Shown here: in pieces, positions 9,249-19,220 of the stretch
Layout: each line of letters starts with the position of its first letter
Numbering within the stretch: position 1 is the first letter of the stretch
NCBI GenBank assembly: GCA_001767695.1
Contig: MELR01000015.1
Coordinates: 39,887-103,886, forward strand
Direction of reading: 5' to 3'
DNA: 64,000 nt
From: Actinobacteria bacterium RBG_16_68_21
GTDB lineage: Bacteria > Actinomycetota > Acidimicrobiia > Spongiisociales > UBA11373
Translations under genes and position numbers: made by a program
Notes under the pieces: model-generated
Database searches by the model: none
What the model was told of the DNA's origin: nothing
Seen by the model: the letters and a program-made list of their open reading frames with translations, nothing else

Positions 9249-9343
9249 AAGCGACACACTCCGCTCAGGGGGGTGGCTCGACGGGCCGCCCCCTGATGTT
9301 CGGCTCGCGAAATCGGGTCCATCGGGCCTGAGCGGAGTGAAAC
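9249..9343. terminator. Nested inverted repeats downstream of the RTX gene. Putative terminator or structured RNA.
   Basis: The 12-nt arms actccgctcagg (9250-9261) and cctgagcggagt (9331-9342) are exact reverse complements. They enclose an inner hairpin, tcagggggg...ccccctga. Confidence 0.35.
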
Positions 9344-9364
9344 GCCCTCCCTAGCCTGACGGTC

Positions 9365-10252
9365 ATGACCGATGTGATCTCCATTGCCGGGTTGACCAAG
9401 TCGTTCGGTGCCACCCGGGCGCTCGACGGGCTCGATCTCACCGTGGCCGCGGGCGAGGTGCATGGTTTCCTGGGTCCCAACGGGGCCGGGAAGACCACCA
9501 CCCTGCGCATCCTCCTCGGGCTGCTCCACGCCGACGGGGGCGTGGTCCGGCTGTTGGGCGGCGACCCGTGGACCGATGCCACCGAACTGCATCGCCGCCT
9601 CGCCTACGTCCCCGGTGACGTGACCCTGTGGTCGAACCTCACCGGCGGCGAGGTGATCGACCTCCTCGGGCGGCTGCGGGGCGGGCTCGACCCGCGACGG
9701 CGGGCCGACCTCCTTCAGCTGTTCGATCTCGACCCGACCAAGAAGGGCCGCACCTACTCCAAGGGCAACCGCCAGAAGGTCGCCCTGGTGGCGGCGCTCG
9801 CTTCGGATGTCGAGTTGCTGCTATTGGACGAGCCCACCGCCGGGCTCGATCCCCTCATGGAGGCGACCTTCCGCGACTACATCAACCAGGAGGTGCGGGA
9901 CGGTCGCACCGTGCTGCTCGCCAGCCACATCCTCTCCGAGGTGGAGGCGCTGTGCGATCGGGTGAGCATCGTGCGCGAGGGGAAGATCGTGGAGAGCGGC
10001 ACGCTCGTCGAGCTGCGCCACCTCACCCGGACCTCGGTCGAGGTGCAGCTCGCCGGACCGGCCGACGGGTTGACCGGGCTCGCCGGGGTGCACGATCTCC
10101 ATGTCGACGGCGATGGCGTGCGGTTCACGGTCGAACCCGACGCCATGGACCGGGTACTACAACATCTCACTACCGTCGGGGTGCGGTCCCTGGCGGCACG
10201 ACCGCCCACCCTGGAGGAGCTCTTCCTGCGCCACTACCGGACGGGGACGTGA
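9365..10252 (+). CDS. ABC transporter ATP-binding protein (ABC-2 / DrrA-like exporter).
   Basis: Walker [10 protein letters not shown]. Signature [15 protein letters not shown]. Walker [13 protein letters not shown]. The following gene begins inside its stop, a GTGA overlap. Confidence 0.85.
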   Translation: MTDVISIAGLTKSFGATRALDGLDLTVAAGEVHGFLGPNGAGKTTTLRILLGLLHADGGVVRLLGGDPWTDATELHRRLAYVPGDVTLWSNLTGGEVIDLLGRLRGGLDPRRRADLLQLFDLDPTKKGRTYSKGNRQKVALVAALASDVELLLLDEPTAGLDPLMEATFRDYINQEVRDGRTVLLASHILSEVEALCDRVSIVREGKIVESGTLVELRHLTRTSVEVQLAGPADGLTGLAGVHDLHVDGDGVRFTVEPDAMDRVLQHLTTVGVRSLAARPPTLEELFLRHYRTGT

Positions 10253-11838
10253 AGAGCCTGACGGGGACCTGGGCACTGGTCCGCTTCACGCTGCGGCGCG
10301 ACCGGTTGCTCCTCCCGCTGTGGGTTGCCGCGGTTTCGGTCGTCCCGTTGGCGACCGTCTCCGGGTTCCGGACCCTGTATCCCACCGAGGAGGCGCTGGT
10401 CACCGCGGCGGAGGGCCTGGGCACCAATCCGGCCTTTCGGGCGATGTTCGGGCCGGTGTACGCCCCGAATCTGGGGGCACTGGTGGCATGGCGGGCCTCG
10501 ATCGCCCTGGTGATCATCGCCGTCATCAGCCTGCTGACGGTGATCCGTCACACCAGGGTCGAGGAGGACAGCGGGCGGCGCGAACTGGTCGGGTCGACGG
10601 TGGTGGGGCGCCACGCCCCGCTCACCGCGGCGCTCATCGTGGTGGTCCTCGGCGACCTGGCGGTCGGGGTCGTCGCCGCTGCGGGCGTCATGGCGCAGGG
10701 TCTTGCCGTCACCGGTTCGATCGCCTTCGGCATCCAGCTGGCTGCGGCGGGAATCATCTTCGCCATCGTGGGCGCGCTCGCCGCTCAGCTCACCGAGGGA
10801 GCCGGTGCCGCTCGCGCCATCGGGCTGTCGGTGGTCGGCTTCGCCTACGCGCTTCGGGCGGCGGGCGACGCCGGCGACACCGCGTGGCTGTCGTGGGTGT
10901 CACCGATCGGCTGGGTGCAGCGACTGCGACCATTCGCCGCCGAGCAGTGGTGGGTGCTCCTCCTCGTGGCGGTACTCGGCGGCGTCGTGGTCGTCGGCGC
11001 GTACGCCCTCGCCTCCCGGCGTGACGTCGGGGGAGGAGTGCTCCGACCCCGTCCCGGTCCCGCCGTCGCCGGACCTCGCCTGGGCAGTCCACTCGGCCTG
11101 GCATGGCGGATCCATCGCGGCTTGCTCTACGGGTGGACGGCGGGCCTCATCGCGCTCGGCGGCATCTACGGAAGCGTCGCCCAGGGGGTCGGAGATCTCC
11201 TCAAGGACAACCCCGACCTCGCCAGGATCTTCGAACGGATGGGGGGAACATCGGCGACGATCATCGACATGTACCTCTCCGGAGTCATCGGCGTGCTCGC
11301 CCTCTTCGCCGCCGCCTACGCGGTGCAGGCGGCGCTGCGACTACGCGTCGAGGAGGAGGCTCAGCGGGTCGAGCAGGTGCTCGCCACTGCGGTGCGCCGG
11401 CCCCGGTGGACTATCGCCCACTTGACGTTCGCCTTCGGCGGCCCGGCGGTGGCGATGGCCGGAGCCGGCCTGGGGGTGGGGATCACCTACGGGGCGATCA
11501 CCGGTGACCTCGGGGGACAGGTGCCACGGGTGCTGGCGGCGGCTCTCGGTCGGCTTCCCGCGGTGTGGCTGCTGGCGGCGATCGTCGTCGCCCTCTTCGG
11601 GGTGCGGCCCCGGCTGTCCTCGTTCGGATGGGCGGTCTACGGAGCGGTGGTGTTCATCACCTTCATCGGGGCGATCCTCCAGCTGGGGCAGTGGTTCATG
11701 GACCTGTCGCCGTTCACCCACATCCCCAACCTGCCCGGAGGCGAGGTTCTGGCCCTCCCGTTGGTGGCCCTGATCGCGATCGCCGCGTCGCTGGCCGCCG
11801 TCGGTGTGGCGGGCTTCACCAGGCGCGATCTCGGCTGA
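10249..11838 (+). CDS. ABC-2 family transporter permease.
   Basis: GTG at 10249 overlaps the stop 10250-10252 of the ATPase gene. It is in the same frame as track ORF 9628..11838. At least ten hydrophobic helices. The upstream part of the track ORF is R/G/P-rich junk. Confidence 0.7.
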   Translation: MKSLTGTWALVRFTLRRDRLLLPLWVAAVSVVPLATVSGFRTLYPTEEALVTAAEGLGTNPAFRAMFGPVYAPNLGALVAWRASIALVIIAVISLLTVIRHTRVEEDSGRRELVGSTVVGRHAPLTAALIVVVLGDLAVGVVAAAGVMAQGLAVTGSIAFGIQLAAAGIIFAIVGALAAQLTEGAGAARAIGLSVVGFAYALRAAGDAGDTAWLSWVSPIGWVQRLRPFAAEQWWVLLLVAVLGGVVVVGAYALASRRDVGGGVLRPRPGPAVAGPRLGSPLGLAWRIHRGLLYGWTAGLIALGGIYGSVAQGVGDLLKDNPDLARIFERMGGTSATIIDMYLSGVIGVLALFAAAYAVQAALRLRVEEEAQRVEQVLATAVRRPRWTIAHLTFAFGGPAVAMAGAGLGVGITYGAITGDLGGQVPRVLAAALGRLPAVWLLAAIVVALFGVRPRLSSFGWAVYGAVVFITFIGAILQLGQWFMDLSPFTHIPNLPGGEVLALPLVALIAIAASLAAVGVAGFTRRDLG

Positions 11839-11846
11839 TCAGACGC

Positions 11847-12254
11847 TCAGGTCGGCACGCCGAGGCTCGCCAACAGTCCCCTAACCCGCTGCTCGATCTC
11901 GTCCCGCACCGCCCGGACCACTGCGACGGGCTGTCCGGCCGGGTCCGTCACTTCCCAGTCCTCATACCGCTTGCCGGGATAGACCGGGCAAGTGTCACCG
12001 CAGCCCATCGTGACGATCACGTCGGCGGCGCGCAGCACCTCATCCGTCCACGGTTTGGGGACCTCGGCGGCGATGTCGATGCCTGCCTCGGCCATCGCCG
12101 CGACCGCCATCGGATTGAGATTCAAACCCGGCTCGGAGCCTCCGGAGAACACGTCGACCGTGTCTCCGGCGAGGTGGCGCGCCCATCCCGCCGCCATCTG
12201 TGACCGGCCGGCGTTGTGGACGCAGAGGAAGGCCACCGCGGGGCGACTATTCAC
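11847..12254 (-). CDS. Low-molecular-weight protein tyrosine phosphatase / ArsC-type arsenate reductase family.
   Basis: VNSRPAVAFLCVHNAGRSQMAAGWA is a CX5R P-loop of the LMW-PTP/ArsC type. GTG start 4 nt after the LLM gene stop. The longer track ORF to 12473 would overlap the LLM gene. Confidence 0.65.
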   Translation of the reverse strand: MNSRPAVAFLCVHNAGRSQMAAGWARHLAGDTVDVFSGGSEPGLNLNPMAVAAMAEAGIDIAAEVPKPWTDEVLRAADVIVTMGCGDTCPVYPGKRYEDWEVTDPAGQPVAVVRAVRDEIEQRVRGLLASLGVPT

Positions 12255-12258
12255 GTCT

Positions 12259-13092
12259 TCAGTCCCGGAGCGGGGCCAGTGCCCGGGCCAGGGGGGCGAG
12301 CACCGCCGGATCGTGGGGCGCCCCGAGCAGCATGATCGCGTGGCCGGCTCCGGCGGCGCGATATTCGGCGGCCAGCTCGGCGGCCTCCCCAGGGCTCTGG
12401 TCGCGCAGCTGGATGGAGATCTCGATGTCGTCGGGATCGCGTCCGACATCGGCGCAATGCCCGTATAGGACATCGACGAGTCGTCGGAACTCCTCGAGGC
12501 TCCCGCCCGGGTAGTTCCATTGGTCGGCCCAGCGGGCAGCGGCCCGCAGGGTGCGGCGCTCGCCCTTGCCGCCGATGACGATGGGCGGTCGGGGGACCTG
12601 AACGCCCTTGGGCTCGCAGCGGGCGCCGTGCAATCGGTAGTAGCGGCCTTCGAAGTCGGAGATCTCCTGGGTGAGGAGGAGATGGATGACCTCGAGTGCC
12701 TCGTCGAGGCGGTCGAAGCGCTCCTGCAGCGGCGGCAGCGTTATCCCGTATGCGTCGTGTTCCTCCTGATGCCACCCGGCGCCGATGCCCAACTCGAGCC
12801 GACCATCGGAGATCTGGTCGAGCGCCGCCGCCATATTGGCCAGCACCGCCGGGTGGCGGTACGTGTTGCCGATCACCATCAGCCCGAAGCGGAGACGGTT
12901 GGTGACGGCGGCCAGGGCGGTGGTCGTGGTCCATCCCTCCAGGCAGGGACCCTCGATCTCGGTGCGCAGCGGATAGAAGTGGTCGAAGGTCCACCCGGCA
13001 TCGAACACCGGGATGGCGTCGGCCTCCCTCCAGAGATCGCGCAGCGCCGTCCAGGTGGTGTGCTGCGGCGCCGTCTTGAAGGAGATCCGCAT
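12259..13092 (-). CDS. LLM-class (luciferase-like monooxygenase) F420-dependent oxidoreductase.
   Basis: MRISFKTAPQHTTW...RLELGIGAGWHQEEHDAYGI...PPIVIGGKGE, typical of the LLM family. Confidence 0.75.
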   Translation of the reverse strand: MRISFKTAPQHTTWTALRDLWREADAIPVFDAGWTFDHFYPLRTEIEGPCLEGWTTTTALAAVTNRLRFGLMVIGNTYRHPAVLANMAAALDQISDGRLELGIGAGWHQEEHDAYGITLPPLQERFDRLDEALEVIHLLLTQEISDFEGRYYRLHGARCEPKGVQVPRPPIVIGGKGERRTLRAAARWADQWNYPGGSLEEFRRLVDVLYGHCADVGRDPDDIEISIQLRDQSPGEAAELAAEYRAAGAGHAIMLLGAPHDPAVLAPLARALAPLRD

Positions 13093-13096
13093 GCGC

Positions 13097-14245
13097 CTAG
13101 TACAGGAACATCGGCTTGCCGGGGACGTGGCGCACCTTGGGGCGATAGGCGTCCACGTCGTAGAGCTCGCCGACGTCGACCCGCTTGACCCCCTCGCCTG
13201 TCACCGAGAGCGGCACCGCGGTGTAGGTGCCGCCGCGCAGGGCCACCATCCGGCCGGTGGCGCCCTCCATGGCGAGGTCGGCGGCCATCACCGCGTAGTT
13301 GGTGGCGACCATCAGGTCGAGAGAATCGGGGCGGCCGGAGCGGGCCAGGTAGGCGATGTTCTGGTTGATGATGCCGACACCGGTCTTCTGCTTGAGCAGG
13401 GCGCCGACGTGCTCGCCGATCCCGCCCAGCTTCTGGTGGCCGAAGGCGTCTGCCTCGCCGCTGAGCATCATGTCCCCACCCTCGATGGTGGCGCCTTCCG
13501 AGACGGTGCAGATGGCGTAGTTGGATGGGTTGCGCCCGCGGTCCTCCATCAACAAGGCGGTCAGCTTGTCGATGTCGAACGGAACCTCGGAGATGAGCGC
13601 CCGGTCGACGCTCGACAGGTAGGCGGTGATCAGCGAGGTCTCTCCCGAGTAGCGGCCGAACAGCTCGATGACCGCGATCCGTTCGTGACTTCCTGCAGCC
13701 GTGCGGAGGTTGTGGACGAAGTCGACCCCCCGGGTCACCGCGGTCGAGAACCCGATGCAGTAGTCGGTGCCGTGGACGTCGTTGTCCATCGTCTTGGGGA
13801 TGGCGATGACGTGCATGCCCTCGTTGTGGAGGCGGAGGCCGTAGGAGAGCGTGTCGTCGCCCCCGATGGGAATGAGGACGTCGATGCCCTGGCTCTCGAG
13901 CACCTTGAGGACGTGTTCGGTGAGGTCGTGCGGTCCGTCGCCCTGGACGCTTGCGGCGAGGAAGTCGGGCACGGCGCCGGATTTCACCTTGGATGGATTG
14001 GTTCGGCTGGAGTGGAGCACGGTCCCGCCGCTGCGGTCGATGGTGCGCACCGATGCCGGGTCGAGCGGCACCAGGTTCTCGGCGATCGATGCCGGGTCGT
14101 CTGGGTTGGTGGCGACGAGCCCTCCCCAGCCACGGCGGATGCCCACCATCGAGTGACCGGCCTCGGCGACCCGGATGACTGCCGCCTTGATGCTCGGATT
14201 CAGCCCGGGGACGTCGCCGCCCCCGGTGAGGATGCCGATTCGCAT
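13097..14245 (-). CDS. pfkA: 6-phosphofructokinase.
   Basis: [26 protein letters not shown] and IPKTMDNDV are canonical PFK motifs. Confidence 0.85.
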   Translation of the reverse strand: MRIGILTGGGDVPGLNPSIKAAVIRVAEAGHSMVGIRRGWGGLVATNPDDPASIAENLVPLDPASVRTIDRSGGTVLHSSRTNPSKVKSGAVPDFLAASVQGDGPHDLTEHVLKVLESQGIDVLIPIGGDDTLSYGLRLHNEGMHVIAIPKTMDNDVHGTDYCIGFSTAVTRGVDFVHNLRTAAGSHERIAVIELFGRYSGETSLITAYLSSVDRALISEVPFDIDKLTALLMEDRGRNPSNYAICTVSEGATIEGGDMMLSGEADAFGHQKLGGIGEHVGALLKQKTGVGIINQNIAYLARSGRPDSLDLMVATNYAVMAADLAMEGATGRMVALRGGTYTAVPLSVTGEGVKRVDVGELYDVDAYRPKVRHVPGKPMFLY

Positions 14246-14320
14246 GTTCCTCCTCCTGACTCGCAGACTAGGGCGTCCGCGGGCAGCACCGGCGGCTGGT
14301 GCGGACTCCGGGGCGCGGGC

Positions 14321-14800
14321 CTAGGAGACCTTGCGGGGCACCTTCCCGGTCAGCGTGAAGATGGTCTTCATCACCTTATGGGCCCCATCCGCGGTCGGCT
14401 CGAACATCAGGGGGCAGCCTCCGTCGATCACGGTGATGCCGTGGCGTCTACCCAACTCGGTGGCCGAGTCGCAAACGCTTCCCTTGCCGAAGGCACGGTG
14501 CATCCACACATGACCGATCCCCAGATCGACGCACTCCTGCACCGCGGCGTCGGCCCGGTCGGGCTTGGTGCCGATCACGACGGCGCCCACTCCTCCGGGA
14601 ATAGCACCGATACTCGGATAGGCAGGGTCACCTTCGACCTGGTCGGCGTTCGGGTTCACCGCAAACACCTCGTAGCCCCTCTCCCGGAGCCGCTTGTACA
14701 CCGCATTGCTCCCGTGACCAGCTGGATTGCGCGACACGCCGGTCACCGCGATTCGCTTCTGGGCGAGGAACTCGGCTGCGGCTTGCTTGACCGATTGCAT
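14321..14800 (-). CDS. CoA-binding domain protein (YccU/YneT-like).
   Basis: KRIAVTGVSRNPAGHGSNAVYKRLRERGYEVFAVNPN. I place the start at the internal Met MQSVKQ of the track ORF. When I tried to count bases I found a 1-nt disagreement, so the ends may be off by plus or minus 1. Confidence 0.6.
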   Translation of the reverse strand: MQSVKQAAAEFLAQKRIAVTGVSRNPAGHGSNAVYKRLRERGYEVFAVNPNADQVEGDPAYPSIGAIPGGVGAVVIGTKPDRADAAVQECVDLGIGHVWMHRAFGKGSVCDSATELGRRHGITVIDGGCPLMFEPTADGAHKVMKTIFTLTGKVPRKVS

Positions 14801-14878
14801 GGGACTCCCTGGTTCGTCCCCGGATGAATACCCGCGGTCGGGGAACGCCACTAGGGGCGATCGGCCGGGCGCCTTCGG

Positions 14879-15136
14879 CTAGTGGTCCTCTTCGGTCCGT
14901 TCGACGCGGATGGTGCAGTCGGTGAGTACCGCGGCGAGCGCCCCCACCGCGGCAGCCATCGGCAGCAGCAACGCCCCGACCACTCCTACGGTGAGGGGGA
15001 TCTCCACGATGGTCTTGCCCTCCTCGTTCTGGATGATGAGGCGGCGGACGTTGCCCTCCCGGACCAGGTCTTTCACCTTGGCGAGCACCTCGTCGCCCTT
15101 GACCTTGAACTCTTCCCAGCGCGAGTCGTTGTTCAT
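14879..15136 (-). CDS. DUF4342-like small protein.
   Basis: 85 aa. MNNDSRWEEFKVKGDEVLAKVKDLVREGNVRRLIIQNEEGKTIVEIPLTVGVVGALL. Confidence 0.5.
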   Translation of the reverse strand: MNNDSRWEEFKVKGDEVLAKVKDLVREGNVRRLIIQNEEGKTIVEIPLTVGVVGALLLPMAAAVGALAAVLTDCTIRVERTEEDH

Positions 15137-15250
15137 CGCATCTCCCTTCTCTTCGGTTGTGTTACCGGCGGCGACGCAGGGTCGCCAGGGACGGAGGCCT
15201 CAACCGAGACGTCGCCTGACGGAAGGTCGTGGAGCCGGAGGCGGCCCGGC

Positions 15251-15484
15251 TCAGACGTTGACGACGGGGCAGGTCAGGGTGCGGGTGACGCCCTCGACTC
15301 CCTGGATCCCGGTGGCGATCAGCCTCCCCAGGGCATCCATGTCGGCGGCCGCCACCTGGGCGATCACGTCGTACGGTCCGGTCACGACCTCGGCGGCGCT
15401 CACCCCCGCCACCCTGCGGACATCGGTGCACACCTGGGTGTGCCTCCCGAGTTCGGCTTGGATCAGCACGAAAGCAGAGACCAC
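15251..15484 (-). CDS. Stand-alone Lrp/AsnC-type ligand-binding (RAM) domain protein.
   Basis: 77 aa. MVSAFVLIQAELGRHTQVCTDVRRVAGVSAAEVVTGPYDVIAQVAAADMDALGRLI resembles the C-terminal domain of AsnC regulators. No HTH is present. Confidence 0.6.
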   Translation of the reverse strand: MVSAFVLIQAELGRHTQVCTDVRRVAGVSAAEVVTGPYDVIAQVAAADMDALGRLIATGIQGVEGVTRTLTCPVVNV

Positions 15485-15586
15485 GGCACCTCCCGGTGTG
15501 ACGACGGAAGCTCAAGCTACACCGCGCCGATCGGGCGCGAGTAGCAACCCGCCTCTCCCTACCATCCCCCGGTCACAGGAGGGGCA

Positions 15587-16600
15587 ATGTCGGTGCTGGA
15601 ACTCGTCGAATTGGGAATGCCCTGGATGGGCCTCGACCCGTTCATCTTCACGGTGCATCACGTCGACGACTACCCGGCAGGCGACGACGACCTCGGGCCG
15701 TCGGTTTCGCTCGACGGTCGCAGGATCGGCGCCGACTTCTCCTACATCGACGGGTGGAGCATGTATCACGGGGAGCGGATCCCCGGGTTTCCCCAGCATC
15801 CCCACCGCGGGTTCGAGACCGTCACCGTCGTCCGCCGCGGCTACGTGGATCACTCCGACTCGCTGGGCGCCACCGCCCGCTACGGGCAGGGTGATGTGCA
15901 GTGGCTCACCACCGGCGGCGGCATCCAGCACGCCGAGATGTTCCCCCTCCTCGACCCCGAGGGCGCCAACCCGCTGGAACTCTTTCAAATCTGGCTCAAC
16001 CTGCCCCCGGAGTCGAAGATGGTCCCGGCGCACTTCGGGATGCTTTGGGGAGAGGACATTCCCACGCTCGACCCGGCACCCGGGGTGAGCGTCACCGCCA
16101 TCGCCGGGTCCCTCGGCGGCTCGCGGCCGCCCTCCCCGCCCCCCGACTCGTGGGCATCTCGTCCCGAATCCCACCTGGCGATCTGGCTGATCCGCCTCGC
16201 CCCCGATGCCACCTGGACCGTCCCGCAGGGGGCGCCGGGGGTCAACCGGATGCTCCACTTGTTCACAGGTGACCACGTTGCGGTCGATGCCACCCGGATC
16301 GGGGCAAGGACCGGAGCACGGGTTCGGCCGGATGCCGACGTCGTTCTCGCCAATCACGGCGAACCCGCCGAATTCCTCATGCTCCAGGGGATGCCGATCG
16401 GGGCCCCGGTGTTCCAGATGGGTCCCTTCGTGATGAACTCTGCCGAGGAGTTGCGGCGAGCCGTCGACGACTACCACCGCACCGGTTTCGGGGGCTGGCC
16501 GTGGGCGGGGCGGGCTCCGGTCCACGCCCGGACCGAGGGCCGGTTCGCCCTCCACGCCGACGGAAGGGTCGAGCACCGGGAGATGCAGGCAACCCGGTAG
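15587..16600 (+). CDS. Pirin family protein (bicupin).
   Basis: HPHRGFETVTVV pirin N-domain motif. ELFQIWLNLP. Confidence 0.8.
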   Translation: MSVLELVELGMPWMGLDPFIFTVHHVDDYPAGDDDLGPSVSLDGRRIGADFSYIDGWSMYHGERIPGFPQHPHRGFETVTVVRRGYVDHSDSLGATARYGQGDVQWLTTGGGIQHAEMFPLLDPEGANPLELFQIWLNLPPESKMVPAHFGMLWGEDIPTLDPAPGVSVTAIAGSLGGSRPPSPPPDSWASRPESHLAIWLIRLAPDATWTVPQGAPGVNRMLHLFTGDHVAVDATRIGARTGARVRPDADVVLANHGEPAEFLMLQGMPIGAPVFQMGPFVMNSAEELRRAVDDYHRTGFGGWPWAGRAPVHARTEGRFALHADGRVEHREMQATR

Positions 16601-16603
16601 CTT

Positions 16604-16690
16604 CGTCCGTCTCCCGTCTCCCGTCTCCCGTCTCCCGTCGCCCGTCTCCGGTCGCCCGTCGCCCGTTGTTGCCAGTTGCCAGTTGCTCGG
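16604..16690. repeat. Heptanucleotide microsatellite: (CCGTCTC)n about 8 units with point variants, then (GTTGCCA) x 2.5.
   Basis: cgtctcc cgtctcc cgtctcc cgtctcc cgtcgcc cgtctcc ggtcgcc cgtcgcc cgttgtt gccagtt gccagtt gc. It sits between the pirin stop and the chagasin-like gene. Confidence 0.8.
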
Positions 16691-16767
16691 AACCAACGAT
16701 GCCCTTGCCGCCGTCTCACCCGGTGAGGGGGGAGAGAACCAAGGTTTGTCGAGACAAGGGAATCGCC

Positions 16768-17181
16768 ATGACGAAACGGAACATCATCATCGTGGGAGTC
16801 CTCCTCGTCGCGCTGATCGCCGCCGGCGCCCTGGTGGCGCTGGCGATGTCGGGCGACGAGCCGAGCGGGCCCCTCGTCTATTCGGCTGGGGACGACGGCC
16901 GGTCCATCGAGGTGAAGGTGGGGGAGTCCTTCACCGTGGTCCTGGAAGGCAACCCCACGACCGGTTACAGCTGGCAGGTGGAGGGCGTCGACGAGGCGAT
17001 CCTCTCCGTCGGAGAACCGGACTACAAGAGCGACTCGGATCTGGTCGGCTCCGGGGGAACCTTCACCTTCACCTTCACGGCGCTCTCCGCCGGGGAGAGC
17101 CAGGTGCGCCTCGGCTACAGCCGGCCGTGGGAGAGTGTCGCCCCGCTGCAGAGCTTCACCTTGAACGTGACCGCTCGCTGA
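16768..17181 (+). CDS. Chagasin-family (I42) cysteine-peptidase inhibitor. Membrane-anchored or secreted.
   Basis: ATG at 16768. N-terminal TM or signal IIIVGVLLVALIAAGALVALA. The diagnostic NPTTGYSW motif, then GGTFTFTFTA. The upstream part of the track ORF is R/P-rich junk. Confidence 0.7.
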   Translation: MTKRNIIIVGVLLVALIAAGALVALAMSGDEPSGPLVYSAGDDGRSIEVKVGESFTVVLEGNPTTGYSWQVEGVDEAILSVGEPDYKSDSDLVGSGGTFTFTFTALSAGESQVRLGYSRPWESVAPLQSFTLNVTAR

Positions 17182-17192
17182 GGAACCCGGCT

Positions 17193-17228
17193 TCCGCGAA
17201 GAGGCCCCGGCGTGCCGGGGCCTTCTCG
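17193..17228 (+). terminator. GC hairpin after the chagasin-like gene.
   Basis: gaggccccggc gtg ccggggcctTc. Confidence 0.35.
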
Positions 17229-17461
17229 CGACCGGGCAACCCGAGGCGGGGCGAGAAAGCGGGACACGCGACGCGGTAGGGGTCCGCAACTGCTACAGTT
17301 CGTGCCCGCACACGCCGTATTGCGTGTGACGCCGGTCTTCGCTCCTTCAGTCCCGTCGAGTGAAGTCGCCGCAGCCCCCCAGCCACGGTCTTCGACTCTG
17401 GCGACCGGGGGACTCGCTGCGGGGCGTTTCCCTAGGACGGTCGATATTGAGGAGCAATCCA

Positions 17462-17716
17462 ATGGCAACCAACATCTACGTGGGCAATCTGGCGTTCGGC
17501 ACTGCGTCTGGAGATCTGCAAACGCTGTTCTCCGAGCACGGAACGGTCACCAGTGCCCAGGTCGTAGCCGATCGCGAGACCGGTCGCTCACGGGGCTTCG
17601 GCTTCGTCGAGATGGCCGATGACAACGAGGCGGCTGCGGCGATCAAGGCAATCGACGGTCGCAACGTCGACGGGCGTCAGCTCAAAGTCAACATCGCCAA
17701 GGATCGCAGGGCCTAA
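17462..17716 (+). CDS. RRM-type RNA-binding protein (Rbp).
   Basis: MATNIYVGNLAFGTAS (RNP2) and SRGFGFVEM (RNP1). 84 aa. It has a long upstream untranslated region, about 17230-17461. Confidence 0.8.
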   Translation: MATNIYVGNLAFGTASGDLQTLFSEHGTVTSAQVVADRETGRSRGFGFVEMADDNEAAAAIKAIDGRNVDGRQLKVNIAKDRRA

Positions 17717-17736
17717 GGCCTAGAGCGCGTTCAATA

Positions 17737-17779
17737 GATCGGGGTCGGAGGCTTGCCTCCGACCCCGATCTCTTTTGGG
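17737..17779 (+). terminator. Rho-independent terminator.
   Basis: gatcggggtcggaggc ttg cctccgaccccgatc followed by tcttttggg. Confidence 0.6.
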
Positions 17780-17796
17780 CAAGCCGCCGCGCGCAC

Positions 17797-18480
17797 TCAG
17801 TGGCCGACGCCGCCATCACCTTCGACGGGATCAACGACGTGCTCCCCGCGACGGGCCGCCGACACCCCTTCCCTGTTGAGGGCGGTCATGACCCAGTAGT
17901 AGGTGATGGCCAGCCCGAGTACCGCGTAGGTGTAGGTGGAACCGACATAGCCCAACCCTGCACCGCCGGCGAGGACGACGAGGATGGCGGTCGCGGATCG
18001 ATTCTCCCTCCTGATGAAACGCTCCTGGAGACGTGGATCCACCAGCCGGCGTTTCCGGGAGGCGTAGGCGAACATCGCTGCGTTGGATGCCGCCGCCAGG
18101 AAGACGCTGGACCCGTAGATGATCGCCGCCAGCCGCTCGTCCGGATTGGCGGTGACCAGGGCCGAACTGAAGGGTGTGATCGACACGGCGAAGAGGAAGA
18201 AGACGTTGAGGGTGAGCAGCGTCCCGTCCGCTCTCTGGATGTAGCGGAAGACGTTGTGGTGGTAGAGCCACAGCAATCCCACGAGGAAGAAGCTCACCGC
18301 GTACCCGAGCGTCTCCCGCCACAGGCTGCGGAGCTCGGGCCAGAGGCCCTCCGAACCGGAGATCTCCGCAACCACGGGCACGGTCAACTCGAGCACGAGG
18401 AGCGTGATCACGATGGCGATCACGCCGTCGGTGAGTGCCTTCAGTCGATCCGTGGAGAAGGTCGTTGCGTCCTGCGTCAT
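17797..18480 (-). CDS. TMEM175 / DUF1211 family membrane protein (putative K+ channel).
   Basis: FSTDRLKALTDGVIAIVITLLVLEL is the TMEM175 helix-1 signature. About six TM helices. Confidence 0.7.
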   Translation of the reverse strand: MTQDATTFSTDRLKALTDGVIAIVITLLVLELTVPVVAEISGSEGLWPELRSLWRETLGYAVSFFLVGLLWLYHHNVFRYIQRADGTLLTLNVFFLFAVSITPFSSALVTANPDERLAAIIYGSSVFLAAASNAAMFAYASRKRRLVDPRLQERFIRRENRSATAILVVLAGGAGLGYVGSTYTYAVLGLAITYYWVMTALNREGVSAARRGEHVVDPVEGDGGVGH

Positions 18481-19220
18481 CCGTCACCTCCGGGAATTCC
18501 CTTCACGCCCGATGGGTTGAGCCGGACTGCGGTGTAGTAGATCCGGGCAGTGGTGTCACACCCGATGCGGACGATCGCCGGCACCGCGGCGCAGCGCACC
18601 CGCATGTCGTGGAGGAAACCGGCGTCGACCCGGTCCTTGTTCTCCACCTGCCAGGTGGGCACGTCGGCGCGGTCGATGTTCTTCAGGTTCCGCCACCCGA
18701 AGTCATGGCGATTGCAGGCGAGTGTGAAGTCGAACGGTCCCCGCCCGAGAACGGGAGCCGAGCAGCCGTCGCTGTCCCACAGCAAGTACTCGGGGCGGGG
18801 ACGGGTGGGATCGGAGGGCGGTCCGGAGTATCGGAAGTCGCCCTCGAATCCGTCCGTTCCCGAGATCGGGATGTCGAGCCGGACGTCGATGGATTCACAA
18901 ACCGTGTCGAGTGTCACCTGAGCGATGGGCTCTCCAAGGATGGGATCGGGCACGTCGGCACAGACGTCGGCGGCGGGCGGTGCGGGGCCCACCGATCCGC
19001 TGATCCAGAATGCCGCCCCGACCGCGCCGATGACTCCAGTGGCCAGGCCGAGCAGGGTCGCGCGGAGCACCCGGTAGAGCCAGGTGTGCTTCGGCGCGGA
19101 ATCCTGCCCCGCCCGGGCGGCGGCCTTGGTCCGCCGTGCCTTCGTTTCCGGCGGTGGCGGTGGCGGGGGAGGCGGCGGTGGCGGTGGCGGGGGAGGTGGG
19201 GGAGGGGGAGGTACGGTCAT
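18477..19220 (-). CDS. Membrane-anchored protein with a 22-residue polyproline N-terminus and a C-terminal prokaryotic phospholipase A2-like domain.
   Basis: MTVP(22 x P)ETKARRTKAAARAG..., then a TM helix LLGLATGVIGAVGAAFWI. The domain contains WDSDGCSAP...FTLACNRHDFGWRNL, a Cys-rich His-Asp dyad like secreted PLA2. ATGA overlap with the upstream gene at 19217-19220. Confidence 0.5.
   Translation of the reverse strand: MTVPPPPPPPPPPPPPPPPPPPPPETKARRTKAAARAGQDSAPKHTWLYRVLRATLLGLATGVIGAVGAAFWISGSVGPAPPAADVCADVPDPILGEPIAQVTLDTVCESIDVRLDIPISGTDGFEGDFRYSGPPSDPTRPRPEYLLWDSDGCSAPVLGRGPFDFTLACNRHDFGWRNLKNIDRADVPTWQVENKDRVDAGFLHDMRVRCAAVPAIVRIGCDTTARIYYTAVRLNPSGVKGIPGGDG

Noticed and set aside
13013-14827. 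604-aa plus-strand ORF antisense to pfk and the CoA-binding gene.
   Set aside because: Antisense artefact. The PFK motifs are on the minus strand.
16604-16690. Possible CRISPR array, because of the regular short repeats.
   Set aside because: The units are 7 nt with no spacers. CRISPR repeats are 24-48 nt separated by unique spacers. No cas genes are nearby.
19143-19208. Polyproline-encoding stretch, which might be taken for a simple-sequence repeat or low-complexity artefact.
   Set aside because: It is in frame within a GC3-consistent ORF and uses mixed CCG, CCA, CCC and CCT codons. It is followed by a TM helix and a folded domain, so I treat it as coding.
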